64,000 bases of DNA from an uncultured Rikenella sp. (GTDB taxonomy: Bacteria; Bacteroidota; Bacteroidia; Bacteroidales; VadinHA17), in assembly GCA_964537135.1 (NCBI GenBank), contig CAZHZC010000010.1, positions 3,866-67,865 on the forward strand. The letters run 5' to 3'. The notes beneath the pieces are model-generated. The model saw only the letters and a list, made by a program, of their open reading frames with translations, ran no database searches and had not been told where the DNA came from. The translations under genes and the position numbers were made by a program. The stretch's first letter is position 1. The number at the start of each line of letters is the position of its first letter. Shown here one piece after another: positions 52,000-61,484 of this stretch.

Positions 52000-54441
52000 A
52001 TGGAAACCCCCAAGAAACCTGCACCGCCTTCCGATGACATTGACCTGATGCGCTATGTCTCGCTCTTTATTAGTAACTGGTACTGGTTTGCCATAGCCCT
52101 ATTCCTGGCACTGGCCATCGCCTACTCCTTCAACCGCTATTCACAGCGTGCCTACAATGTGAAGAGCACCCTGATGATCAAGGAGCAGCAGTCGAGCGGC
52201 GCCATCGCCAATATGGAGCAGATCTTTGCCTCCAACATTTACAGTCCTTATGCCAACCTTGATGATGAGGTGGCCATACTGCAGTCATACACCCTCAACC
52301 GACGTGTCATCGAGGATATGCCCGAGACTCATGTGGCCTATATACCGGTATCACGTAACGGCATACAGGGTCAGCGTACCTATAGCTCATCACCCTTTGT
52401 TCTCAACAGCCTCACTGACCGGCAGCCCGTAGGGGTCGCCATGACTATCCGCTTCAGGGATAGTGGCCGCTATACCGTTGAGATCGATGAAGATCGGCTT
52501 GAGGCATGGCGGAGAGGTGCCGCCGATGCCGGCCGTGGTGATGAGATCAGCCCCAAACGTGAATATCTCCCCGGTGAGCCGTTTGAGCAGGGCGGGTTCA
52601 GCTTCACCGTAGAGTGGCGCAATAAGACAGCTCCGGCTGCCAGCCCGGGCCGGTGGCTGGTATGGTTTGAGTCGGTACCTTCACTGGCAAACCAGTACCG
52701 CTCAGCACTCAGGGTTGCGGCTGTGAAAGACTATGCATCGGTATTTACACTCTCCTTTGACGGATACTCACCACAGCAGGGGGCTGACTACCTCAACACC
52801 CTAATGAAGCTCTATATCATACAAGGGATGGAGTGGAAGAGCCGTGCAGCAGATAATACCATCAACTTTATTGAGGCGCAGCTGGGGCTGATCTCAGACT
52901 CACTGCGCCTGGCAGAGAACACCATGGAAAACTTCCGCCTCAACAACCGCTTTGTCGATCTCACCCTGGAGGGTACCCTGGTGCTGCAGCGGCTAGAGAA
53001 GTTTGAGGGTGAGAAGAATATGCTGGGGCTGCAGCAGCAGTATTATGAGTACCTGCTTGATTACCTCGAAGCACGTGATGACAGTGAGAGCATCATCTCT
53101 CCCAGCGTGATGGGGGTGACAGACCCCGTCCTGGTGAGACTGGTAGAGGAGTTTGCCACGCTGCAGCAGCAGAAGAAGCAGATGGACTTTACCGTTACAC
53201 AGGGTCAGCCACAGACCCTGCTGATGGAGCAGAAGTTCGAGGATGCCCGCAAGGCACTGCGTGAGAATGTGAGCAGCGCCATCAGCCAGATAAAGCTCTC
53301 AACAGATAATGTCAACCAGCGTATCGCTGCCGTGGAGAAAGAGCTGGGGCGGCTTCCCGGCACCGAGAGGAGGTTGATAGGTATCCAGCGGAAGTTCGAT
53401 CTCAACAACTCGGTATATACCTACCTGCTTGAGCGGCGCGCTGAGGCGGGCATAGCCAAAGCGTCACAGATAACTGACAACCGTATCATAGATGAGGCGC
53501 TGCCTTACAACAGCTCACTGATAAGACCCAGCACCATGAAGAACTACGTCATAGCCCTCATGCTGGGTATCCTCCTGCCGATGATCTTCATTATCGTTAT
53601 TGATCTTTTTAACAACAAGATAATTGGCAGGCACGATATAGAGCGTATCACCCGTGCACCGATCATCGGATATATCAGTCACTCTGACTACCACGTTGAT
53701 AACCCCGTGGCTGAGAAGCCCGGCAGCACCCTGGCCGAAAGCTTCAGGGCGGTACGCACATCCCTCTCATTCTATACCGGCCAGACAGAGTGCCCCGTAA
53801 TAGTTGTCAGCTCACCCGTCAGTGGTGAAGGGAAGACCTTTGTCTCTGTCAACCTGGCAACCATCATCTCCATGATGGACAAGAAGGTGCTGATAGTGGA
53901 GCTCGATATGCGTAAGCCGCGCGTACATGGAATACTGAGGTCAGGTAATGGCAACGGCATGAGCCTCTACCTGAGCAGGTCGGCATCATTCGATGAGGTG
54001 ATAGTGCCTACCGAAACAGAGAACCTGTGGCTGGCACCGGCAGGACCGGTACCTCCCAACCCGGCTGAGCTGATAGGGTCACCTGCCATGGAGACCTTCC
54101 TGCAGGAGGCACGTAAACGCTTTGACACGGTCATCATAGACACACCACCGGTAGGTATCGTGACCGACGCTATGCTGCTGGGGACACTGACTGATGTGAC
54201 ACTCTTTGTGGTACGGCAGAAGTACACCACCAGGGGGTCGGTGGCAATGCTCGATGAGGTCTATCGTAAGGGAGAGATGAAGAATATTGCTGTTATCGTC
54301 AATGATATCACCGCCACAGGCTATTACGGGTATGGCCTCAGGTACGGATATTCACTGGGCTACGGACAGCGTTACTATGACCCCGGCAACTACCACATGA
54401 TGGGAGGAGTAAAAAATTCAGGGTACTACACCAATGACTGA
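52000..54441 (+). CDS. Polysaccharide co-polymerase / tyrosine autokinase (Wzc-like), paralog 2
   Basis: It has the same architecture as paralog 1 and is colinear along its full length, with SGEGKTF, VIIDTPP and a Tyr-rich tail (GYYGYGLRYGYSLGYGQRYY). Confidence 0.88.
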   Translation: METPKKPAPPSDDIDLMRYVSLFISNWYWFAIALFLALAIAYSFNRYSQRAYNVKSTLMIKEQQSSGAIANMEQIFASNIYSPYANLDDEVAILQSYTLNRRVIEDMPETHVAYIPVSRNGIQGQRTYSSSPFVLNSLTDRQPVGVAMTIRFRDSGRYTVEIDEDRLEAWRRGAADAGRGDEISPKREYLPGEPFEQGGFSFTVEWRNKTAPAASPGRWLVWFESVPSLANQYRSALRVAAVKDYASVFTLSFDGYSPQQGADYLNTLMKLYIIQGMEWKSRAADNTINFIEAQLGLISDSLRLAENTMENFRLNNRFVDLTLEGTLVLQRLEKFEGEKNMLGLQQQYYEYLLDYLEARDDSESIISPSVMGVTDPVLVRLVEEFATLQQQKKQMDFTVTQGQPQTLLMEQKFEDARKALRENVSSAISQIKLSTDNVNQRIAAVEKELGRLPGTERRLIGIQRKFDLNNSVYTYLLERRAEAGIAKASQITDNRIIDEALPYNSSLIRPSTMKNYVIALMLGILLPMIFIIVIDLFNNKIIGRHDIERITRAPIIGYISHSDYHVDNPVAEKPGSTLAESFRAVRTSLSFYTGQTECPVIVVSSPVSGEGKTFVSVNLATIISMMDKKVLIVELDMRKPRVHGILRSGNGNGMSLYLSRSASFDEVIVPTETENLWLAPAGPVPPNPAELIGSPAMETFLQEARKRFDTVIIDTPPVGIVTDAMLLGTLTDVTLFVVRQKYTTRGSVAMLDEVYRKGEMKNIAVIVNDITATGYYGYGLRYGYSLGYGQRYYDPGNYHMMGGVKNSGYYTND

Positions 54442-54997
54442 CCTGCGGAGACAGCTGCCGATAATTATCTCCACCCTGTTGCTGATGCTGCCGCTTACCG
54501 TTACGGCACAGCGGAGCAGGGATATAGTTATCGACCCTGCCGTCAACCGTGACCGTAAGCCCGGTATAGTAATCATGACCGAGCTGACCGGTGCTGCCGG
54601 GCTGAATGAGAGGGAGAGCCCTCTGTCGGGCCATTACCTGGGTGTCACCGGTACCGTAGCATACCAGTTCAGCCCCAATATCAGGGTAGGCGCCGGCACC
54701 GGCGTGCACCGCCACAATGATGCCACCATGGTGCCCCTCTTTATGGATGCCCGTTACAGCCCTGCCGGCAGAAGGGTGATACCCTTTATTGCGGCCATCG
54801 GCGGGGTGGCGCTCAGCACCACCAACCTCGACTCATGGTCAGGACTCTATATCAATCCGGCTGTCGGGGTGCGCTACCTCACTTCAAACAGCACCGGCAT
54901 TGTGCTGGCAGCAGGAGTGATGGCCATGTCAGGTGGCGGTACGGGGCGGCTCCTCTTCCTGAACGGCAGGGTTGGCTTCGATTTCAAGGTTAAATGA
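54434..54997 (+). CDS. Small predicted outer-membrane beta-barrel protein, paralog 1
   Basis: It has a signal peptide ending TAQ and alternating hydrophobic strands (VTGTVAYQF, IRVGAGTGVH, VGVRYL, GRVGFDFKV). The start overlaps the wzc2 stop by 8 nt. Confidence 0.6.
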   Translation: MTDLRRQLPIIISTLLLMLPLTVTAQRSRDIVIDPAVNRDRKPGIVIMTELTGAAGLNERESPLSGHYLGVTGTVAYQFSPNIRVGAGTGVHRHNDATMVPLFMDARYSPAGRRVIPFIAAIGGVALSTTNLDSWSGLYINPAVGVRYLTSNSTGIVLAAGVMAMSGGGTGRLLFLNGRVGFDFKVK

Positions 54998-55004
54998 TAG
55001 CTAT

Positions 55005-55556
55005 ATGAAAAAGATACTCTTCATACTGCTGGTATTCATAGCGCCTGTCATCCTGCAGGCACAACCTGACAAACGCATTGCTGCCAACCCGGCTATAGGC
55101 TATGACTGGAGGGCAGGGTTTCTCGTTCTTACCGAGGTTACCGGCGGGCTGGGACTGGGAGTCAACACAGTGCCCTACTCACACTCATACTGGGGTGTCA
55201 CAGCACAGGCAGGGTACCAGTTCACCCGTAACATACGCGCCGGCGCCGGTACAGGTATCCATCTGCATAAGGCCGGACCCATGATACCGCTTTTTATCGA
55301 TGCACACCTTAATCTCAACTCACAGGGGGTGGTACCGTATCTATCCGCGTCAGGCGGACTGGCATTCAGCCCTAAAGAGAGCACTAACATGGTGTGGGTA
55401 TATATAAACCCGGCACTGGGAGTCAGGTTTGTCACGTCAGAGAGGAGAACGATCTCGGTGGCTGCCGGGGTGCTGGCAATGTCATCAGAGAGGAGCAGAA
55501 ACTCATTCATCAACCTGAGGCTGGGCGTCGGGTTCAGGGGAGGGAGACTAAAGTGA
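55005..55556 (+). CDS. Small predicted outer-membrane beta-barrel protein, paralog 2
   Basis: Start trimmed to the ATG at 55005 (MKKILFILLVFIAPVILQAQ). It is colinear with paralog 1 (GVTAQAGYQFTRNIRAGAGTGIH, INPALGVRF). Confidence 0.6.
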   Translation: MKKILFILLVFIAPVILQAQPDKRIAANPAIGYDWRAGFLVLTEVTGGLGLGVNTVPYSHSYWGVTAQAGYQFTRNIRAGAGTGIHLHKAGPMIPLFIDAHLNLNSQGVVPYLSASGGLAFSPKESTNMVWVYINPALGVRFVTSERRTISVAAGVLAMSSERSRNSFINLRLGVGFRGGRLK

Positions 55557-55666
55557 AGCACCCTCAATGATACTGATAGTGAGATTATTTTTGAATCTAA
55601 ACATTATACTAAAAAAGAATTTGTAAATTAGACGCCGGAGTCACTTACCTTCAAAAAAGGAGCACT

Positions 55667-56299
55667 ATGAAAAGAGTTATAACCCTGACCATCCTTATGG
55701 CTGCTGCCTTCTCATACGCCAGTGCACAGGTCGTTACCGAGCGGTGCTGGCACCTTGACAAGGTGCAGTTCCTTGAACACAGACAGGACTTCTGGAGAAG
55801 CCACAGGCTCTTCTCAACCACAGCCAGATCATACAGCGATGTCTCCGGCGGACTTTACAACGTCACCGAAGGGCAATATGGAATTGGCCTGAAAGAGAGA
55901 GACTATCCCTATGCTCACCATTATGCCGGTATCACCACCGTCGGCGGCTGGAGATTCAGCAGCGGGCTGGCACTGGGTGCAGGAGCCGGATATTTCAGCT
56001 ACAATGAGGGTTACCTGGTGCCGCTGTTCGGTGATGTGCGCTACTTCCTGGGTAAGCAGAAGAACCAGTTCTTTGTGGTGGGATCAGGAGGGTTTCTGCT
56101 TAACTTCAAAGACTTTACTGATCATGCACGCTTTTTCGGTAACCCCGGTGTGGGCATAACCATCCCCATGACCAGGGGAGCAAGCCTCTCCTTCAGCGCA
56201 GGAGTTATGACACAGTGGGTAATGAAAAAGGAATCCATCGCCCATCACCGGCGTGACTCATTCATAAATATGAAACTTGGCCTCATCTTTGGCAAGTGA
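55667..56299 (+). CDS. Small predicted outer-membrane beta-barrel protein, paralog 3 (more divergent)
   Basis: It has a signal peptide (AAFSYASAQ) and shares the core pattern (GITTVGGWRFSSGLALGAGAGY, VPLFGDVRY, GNPGVGI, INMKLGLIFG). Confidence 0.55.
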   Translation: MKRVITLTILMAAAFSYASAQVVTERCWHLDKVQFLEHRQDFWRSHRLFSTTARSYSDVSGGLYNVTEGQYGIGLKERDYPYAHHYAGITTVGGWRFSSGLALGAGAGYFSYNEGYLVPLFGDVRYFLGKQKNQFFVVGSGGFLLNFKDFTDHARFFGNPGVGITIPMTRGASLSFSAGVMTQWVMKKESIAHHRRDSFINMKLGLIFGK

Positions 56300-56326
56300 A
56301 TAGTGTAATTACTGACCTCTGATATC

Positions 56327-57439
56327 TTGATACTTCTCGATCTGATAGTTGGCGCCCGTCCCAACTTCATGAAGATAGCCCCGGTGATCAGGACTATCGG
56401 TGCATATAATGAAAAGGTCTCATCATCCGAGACCCGCAGGATCACCTTCCGGCTGGTACATACCGGCCAGCACTATGACCGTGCCATGAGCGGCTCCTTC
56501 TTCGATGAACTGGCCATCCCCGATCCCGATATCAACCTGGGTGCCGGCAGCGGAACACAGGCGGAGCAGACAGCAGCCATCATGCTGGGATACGAGAGGC
56601 TGCTGCAGCGGCAGAGACCGTCGCTCACCATCGTGGTGGGTGACGTCACCTCCACCATGGCATGCGCCATAGTGGCCAGGAAGATGCTGGTGCCGGTGGC
56701 ACACATAGAGGGGGGTATCCGGTCAGGTGACATGACCATGCCTGAAGAGATAAACCGTATCGTTACTGACAGCATCACCAACTTCTTCTTTACCACCTCA
56801 GAGGGTGCCGGTGAGAACCTGCGGCATGCCGGTGTCACTCACGACCGTATCTTCTTCGTGGGAAACACCATGATAGATACACTGCTGCATAGCAGGCCAC
56901 GCTTCATCAGACCGGCAGTATGGGATCAGCTGCAGCTGCAGGAGAAGAGATATATCGTGCTCACCCTACACCGGCCCGGTAATGTAGATGATCCGGCCAT
57001 ACTGCGAGGGCTGCTCGACGAGATATCGCGTACCGCAACAGGAGTACCGCTGGTGTTTCCTGTACACCCGCGAACCCGTAAGGTGATCACCGAAAATGGA
57101 ATAGCGGTAAGCCCCACCCTGTCACTGACAGAGCCACTCAGCTATTTGCGGTTCAATTACCTTGTTGAAAAGGCTATGGCTGTGATAACCGACTCGGGAG
57201 GTATCACCGAAGAGACCACCGTGATGGGGGTGCCTTGCATGACACTGCGTGACAGTACCGAAAGACCCGAGACAGTAACCATGGGTACCAATGAGCTGCT
57301 GGGAACAGACCCGAAAGCGATAGCACCGGCAATGGAAAGGCTGCTGGCCGGTAAGTGGAAGAAAGGTGAGACACCACCTCTGTGGGACGGAAAGACCGCC
57401 GGACGTATCATTGAAATTATTTCGAGTCTTGATCTCTGA
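56327..57439 (+). CDS. wecB: UDP-N-acetylglucosamine 2-epimerase (non-hydrolysing)
   Basis: Motifs include GARPNFMKIAPV, VHTGQHYD, VGDVTST, EGGIRSGD and DSGGITEE. The apparent start is TTG. Confidence 0.85.
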   Translation: MILLDLIVGARPNFMKIAPVIRTIGAYNEKVSSSETRRITFRLVHTGQHYDRAMSGSFFDELAIPDPDINLGAGSGTQAEQTAAIMLGYERLLQRQRPSLTIVVGDVTSTMACAIVARKMLVPVAHIEGGIRSGDMTMPEEINRIVTDSITNFFFTTSEGAGENLRHAGVTHDRIFFVGNTMIDTLLHSRPRFIRPAVWDQLQLQEKRYIVLTLHRPGNVDDPAILRGLLDEISRTATGVPLVFPVHPRTRKVITENGIAVSPTLSLTEPLSYLRFNYLVEKAMAVITDSGGITEETTVMGVPCMTLRDSTERPETVTMGTNELLGTDPKAIAPAMERLLAGKWKKGETPPLWDGKTAGRIIEIISSLDL

Positions 57440-57471
57440 ACTGATCAGGACAGAACTTTCAGACAGATATT

Positions 57472-58776
57472 ATGAACATCTCAATTGCAGGAACAGGCTA
57501 CGTTGGCCTGGTGACCGGCGCATGCTTCGCTGAGCTGGGGGCAACGGTATATTGTGTTGATACTGATATTGAAAAGATCAATGGCCTGAAGAGGGGCATA
57601 ATGCCTATCTATGAGCCCGGCCTGGAGGCTATGGTACAACGTAACGTTGCGGCAGGAAGGCTTTTTTTCTCTACCGATCTGGCAGAGAGCATCAATAACG
57701 TTGAGATGCTCTTCATAGCGGTGGGAACGCCGCCCGAGGAGGATGGCAGTGCTGACCTGAGCCATGTGCTGGCGGTAGCTGAAAAGATTGGTGAAAACCT
57801 CGAAAAATATCTCCTGGTGGTCACCAAGAGCACCGTTCCCGTCGGCTCTTCAGAGCTGGTAAGGAACACCATCAGTCAAGAGCTGAAAAGACGGGGTAAG
57901 AAGATTGAGTTTGATGTTGCATCAAACCCCGAGTTCCTGAAGGAGGGGGCAGCCATTGATGACTTCATGAAGCCCGACAGGGTGGTGGTGGGAATAGAGA
58001 GTGATAGGGCTAAGGAGCTGATGACACGACTCTACGCACCGATGCAGCTAAGTAGCTTCAGGGTGATCTTTATGGATATACCGTCGGCTGAGATGACTAA
58101 GTATGCTGCCAACGCCATGCTGGCAACGCGTATCAGCTTTATCAATGAGATAGCCAACCTCTGCGAGAAGGTGGGGGCTGACATCTCTATGGTGAGGCAG
58201 GGTATCGGCAGCGACAGTCGCATAGGCAGCAAATTCCTGTACCCCGGACCCGGCTTCGGGGGATCATGTTTTCCCAAGGATGTGAAGGCACTGATAAAGA
58301 CCGGTCGCGACCATGGCTCACCGGTGACACTTCTCGAGTCGGTAGAGGCTATCAATGAGCGGCAGAAGAAGGTGCTGTTCGGTAAGTTCAGTGACTACTA
58401 CAATGGTGATGTCAGGGGTAAGCGGGCTGCAATATGGGGACTATCATACAAACCCGGTACCAATGATATGCGTGAGGCACCCTCACTGACACTGATAAGC
58501 CAGCTGCTGGAGGCAGGGTGCACCATAAAGGTGTATGACCCGGTGGCAATGGATGAGGCACGCCGCAGGCTGGGCAGCACCGTTGAGTATGCCGAAGAGA
58601 TCTATGACGCTGTCACCGGTGCCGATGCGCTCTTCCATGTAACCGAATGGAAAGAGTACCGTATGCCCGACTGGAAAAGGATAAGCTCGCTGATGCGTCA
58701 CCCACTGGTGATAGATGGCCGTGGAGTATTTGACAAGACAACCCTTAACGGAATAATATACCTGCGGATCGGCTGA
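57472..58776 (+). CDS. ugd: UDP-glucose 6-dehydrogenase
   Basis: It has the N-terminal Rossmann motif IAGTGYVGLVTGACFAELG and the catalytic segment GFGGSCFPKD, and is 434 aa long. Confidence 0.9.
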   Translation: MNISIAGTGYVGLVTGACFAELGATVYCVDTDIEKINGLKRGIMPIYEPGLEAMVQRNVAAGRLFFSTDLAESINNVEMLFIAVGTPPEEDGSADLSHVLAVAEKIGENLEKYLLVVTKSTVPVGSSELVRNTISQELKRRGKKIEFDVASNPEFLKEGAAIDDFMKPDRVVVGIESDRAKELMTRLYAPMQLSSFRVIFMDIPSAEMTKYAANAMLATRISFINEIANLCEKVGADISMVRQGIGSDSRIGSKFLYPGPGFGGSCFPKDVKALIKTGRDHGSPVTLLESVEAINERQKKVLFGKFSDYYNGDVRGKRAAIWGLSYKPGTNDMREAPSLTLISQLLEAGCTIKVYDPVAMDEARRRLGSTVEYAEEIYDAVTGADALFHVTEWKEYRMPDWKRISSLMRHPLVIDGRGVFDKTTLNGIIYLRIG

Positions 58777-58852
58777 AGAACCAATACAAAAAAAGCTTGA
58801 CTTGAATAACTAAATTTCATAATTTGCTAATGTCTGATCAACATTACAGTTT

Positions 58853-59362
58853 ATGGAAAAGTTAAAGCTATTTGCAGCAATCCTTGTGGCCTCCCTGTTT
58901 CTGTGCGGCTGTGCCACAGTAAAGATCTACTCCGATGCGGAGATGAAGAGCGAGACGGGGCTCCGCTACTACACCCTAAAGCCCTACCTGCTGGTTGAGT
59001 ACCAGTCGGTGAAGGACAACACCATCAAGAGTACGGTGGTCTACCTGCCTGACCTCTCATCACCGCAGTACATAAGGCTGAAGCCCGGACTGGGAGCTAC
59101 CAACGCCAAGCTCACCTTTACCAACAGCGCCCTCGCCTCCTACGGTGCTGAAATAGACTCGCAGCTGCCCAAGGCGATGGATGCCTTTGCTGCTGTACTA
59201 TCCAAGTCGGCATACGCATACCAGGGGTTCACCGGACCCGGACCGCTGGGACCCGATGAGCAGCAGCTGCCGGTAGCGGGTGATGACCTGCGTAATGCCT
59301 TCAGGCTGTTTGAGATCATCATCTCCACCGAGGGTACCATACTGAAGGAGGTTGAGCCATGA
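58853..59362 (+). CDS. Hypothetical lipoprotein
   Basis: It has a lipobox (LFLCGC). No family recognised. Its stop overlaps the next start (ATGA). Confidence 0.5.
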   Translation: MEKLKLFAAILVASLFLCGCATVKIYSDAEMKSETGLRYYTLKPYLLVEYQSVKDNTIKSTVVYLPDLSSPQYIRLKPGLGATNAKLTFTNSALASYGAEIDSQLPKAMDAFAAVLSKSAYAYQGFTGPGPLGPDEQQLPVAGDDLRNAFRLFEIIISTEGTILKEVEP

Positions 59363-60303
59363 AGAACCAATTGCTCAGCCCACGGATACGGGTCAGCGGC
59401 GTGCCACACAAGGTGGGCACCGGATGGCTCTCACCACACCCCGACCTTCGCGACTACACCTCGGCGCATGCCCAGATACGGGGATTCAACCGTAAGCTTA
59501 AGTTCTCAGGACAGAACCTGAAGGGTACTGCACCGGCAATCGCAAAGAAGACAGCACTGCCTGCAGAAATCGACCTCAGGGAGTGGTGCTCACCCATAGA
59601 GAACCAGCAGCAGCTGGGCAGCTGTACCGCACATGCGGCGGTAGGGATGGTTGAGTACTTTGAAAGACGCGCTTTCGACAAACATATCGACGCCTCACGG
59701 CTCTTCCTCTATAAGACCACGCGCAACCTGATGCAGGTGACAGGCGATACCGGTGCGTGGCTGCGTGAGACCATGGGAGCATTGGTACTGTGTGGTGTGC
59801 CCGACGAGAAGTACTGGCAATACAAAGTGAAGGAGTTTGATAAGGAGCCGACAGGGTTTGTCTATTCACTGGCTGAGAACTTCTCAACCATGAAGTACTT
59901 CTGTCATGACCCGCAGGGCTCTGACATTCCTACCACTGAGGTGCTGACTTCGGTGAAGGGCTACCTGGCAGCAGGTATTCCCTCCATGTTCGGATTCTGG
60001 GGCTTTGGGTCGTTTGAAGAGGCGGCAGTGCCTGGTGACATCCCCTACCCTTGCCGTGGTGAGAAGGCAGAATGGGGCCATGCCGTCATGGCTGTTGGTT
60101 ATGATGATAACCGTAAGATCTCCAATCTGGGCTGTAAGTGCGAGACCAAAGGGGCGCTGCTGATACGCAACTCATGGTCGAAGAGCTGGGGCGACAGCGG
60201 TTACGGCTGGATACCTTATGAGTATGTGCTCACCGATCTGGCACTCGACTTCTGGTCGCTGCTCGACATGCGGTGGATAGATACCGGTAACTTCGGACTC
60301 TAG
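59359..60303 (+). CDS. Papain-like (C1 family) cysteine peptidase without a signal peptide
   Basis: The catalytic Cys lies in QQQLGSCTAHAA (codon 59623-59625) and the His in WGHAVMAVGYDD (codon 60079-60081). The NSWSKSWGDSGYGWIPYEY segment is also present. Confidence 0.8.
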   Translation: MKNQLLSPRIRVSGVPHKVGTGWLSPHPDLRDYTSAHAQIRGFNRKLKFSGQNLKGTAPAIAKKTALPAEIDLREWCSPIENQQQLGSCTAHAAVGMVEYFERRAFDKHIDASRLFLYKTTRNLMQVTGDTGAWLRETMGALVLCGVPDEKYWQYKVKEFDKEPTGFVYSLAENFSTMKYFCHDPQGSDIPTTEVLTSVKGYLAAGIPSMFGFWGFGSFEEAAVPGDIPYPCRGEKAEWGHAVMAVGYDDNRKISNLGCKCETKGALLIRNSWSKSWGDSGYGWIPYEYVLTDLALDFWSLLDMRWIDTGNFGL

Positions 60304-60539
60304 GCCAGCGGCGGTTCACGGGTGAACATACGGTTCTGCGAGTTGGTGGCCAGACACTTCAGCAGGTAGGAGAGAGCGGCAGAGAGTGCCGCAATCAGCA
60401 CCGGCCTGATGGTGGCCCAGGTGAAGATGGCACCGGCATCGAGGATATTGATCACGCCCGTCAGCAGGGCGGTGAGAACAGCAATGAGTAGTCCGTGCAG
60501 GAAGTCACGCCTGTTGAGCCTGAAAAATTTTGATCTCAT
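60300..60539 (-). CDS. Small two-TM membrane protein, holin-like topology
   Basis: The 79-aa product has a basic N-terminus (MRSKFFRLNRRD) and two hydrophobic helices. It is convergent with the peptidase gene and overlaps it by 4 nt. Function is not established. Confidence 0.4.
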   Translation of the reverse strand: MRSKFFRLNRRDFLHGLLIAVLTALLTGVINILDAGAIFTWATIRPVLIAALSAALSYLLKCLATNSQNRMFTREPPLA

Positions 60540-60581
60540 GGCAGATGGTTTTATAGTTTAACTTTCACAGCATTAAAGTTA
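60524..60581. repeat. Left copy of a ~58-nt direct repeat containing a 7-bp-stem palindrome
   Basis: It consists of aaaattttgatct (60524-60536) and agtttaactttcacagcattaaagtta (60555-60581). The palindrome is taacttt/aaagtta. Confidence 0.8.
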
Positions 60582-60643
60582 AACCTTTAAGAGACCAAAG
60601 TCAATATTGATTTACTTGGAGGAGTTATAAAGATCTGACCATT

Positions 60644-61387
60644 ATGGAAACAAACCAGCAATTTACTGACCCGGAGCTACGTGAAGCGTTTGGTGTCATC
60701 CTCTCATTGGACTGTTTCAGTGATTATATTGTCGCAATCGCCGGACTTATCTACAATGACACTCTTAGCAAGGAAAGTATAAGCAGGATACTCAGTGACC
60801 ACAACATTGAACGGATTGATGACATTAAAGAAGAGCTTCTGGACCTGCTGCTTGTTTATATCAATCTGATACTTAATGACCATATCATTGCAGAAAAGGA
60901 AAGAGAGAACCTCGGCCTCTTTAAAATTCATTTTAAGATCAAAGAGGGAGATTTCTATAAGTTGCGTTATGATGATCTTCAGGATATCATCTCCCGTCAG
61001 TTTGACCGGCTGTATATAGATCATAGCATTGATCATGCAGAAGCTATCCATATTGGCTATCTGCAAGGGTTATTTGAATTGAGTTATGATCAGGTTGATA
61101 AGTTTAAAGAGTATTATGTTCGTATTGCATTAGAGAGTGGCGCAGATATTACTGACCTCGATACGGCAAAAGTCCCTGATATGGATGATAAGGATTATTT
61201 GCTTCGTCGTAATCCTTCTCAACAGGTCAAAGATGTAGTCTCGAACAGAGATAACGGACAGTGTACAGGGTGTGGCACTACTAAAAACCTTGAATATCAC
61301 CATGTGATACCACTTTCAAAAGGGGGATCAAATACAAGCAGGAACACTCTTCTCTTGTGTCAGTCATGTATTAACAAAAAACGGTAA
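60644..61387 (+). CDS. HNH endonuclease-domain protein with an uncharacterised N-terminal domain
   Basis: The C-terminal motif is CTGCGTTKNLEYHHVIPLSKGGSNTSRNTLLLCQSCINKK. The gene is AT-rich and bracketed by the direct repeats. Confidence 0.7.
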   Translation: METNQQFTDPELREAFGVILSLDCFSDYIVAIAGLIYNDTLSKESISRILSDHNIERIDDIKEELLDLLLVYINLILNDHIIAEKERENLGLFKIHFKIKEGDFYKLRYDDLQDIISRQFDRLYIDHSIDHAEAIHIGYLQGLFELSYDQVDKFKEYYVRIALESGADITDLDTAKVPDMDDKDYLLRRNPSQQVKDVVSNRDNGQCTGCGTTKNLEYHHVIPLSKGGSNTSRNTLLLCQSCINKKR

Positions 61388-61484
61388 GCCTGGATAGCAG
61401 TCAGGCCTGATCCATAATATGTATTATTCCCTGACGTAAGAACCTTTGCATAGTATCACGTAAGGAAAGGCGAGAAGCAGGATT

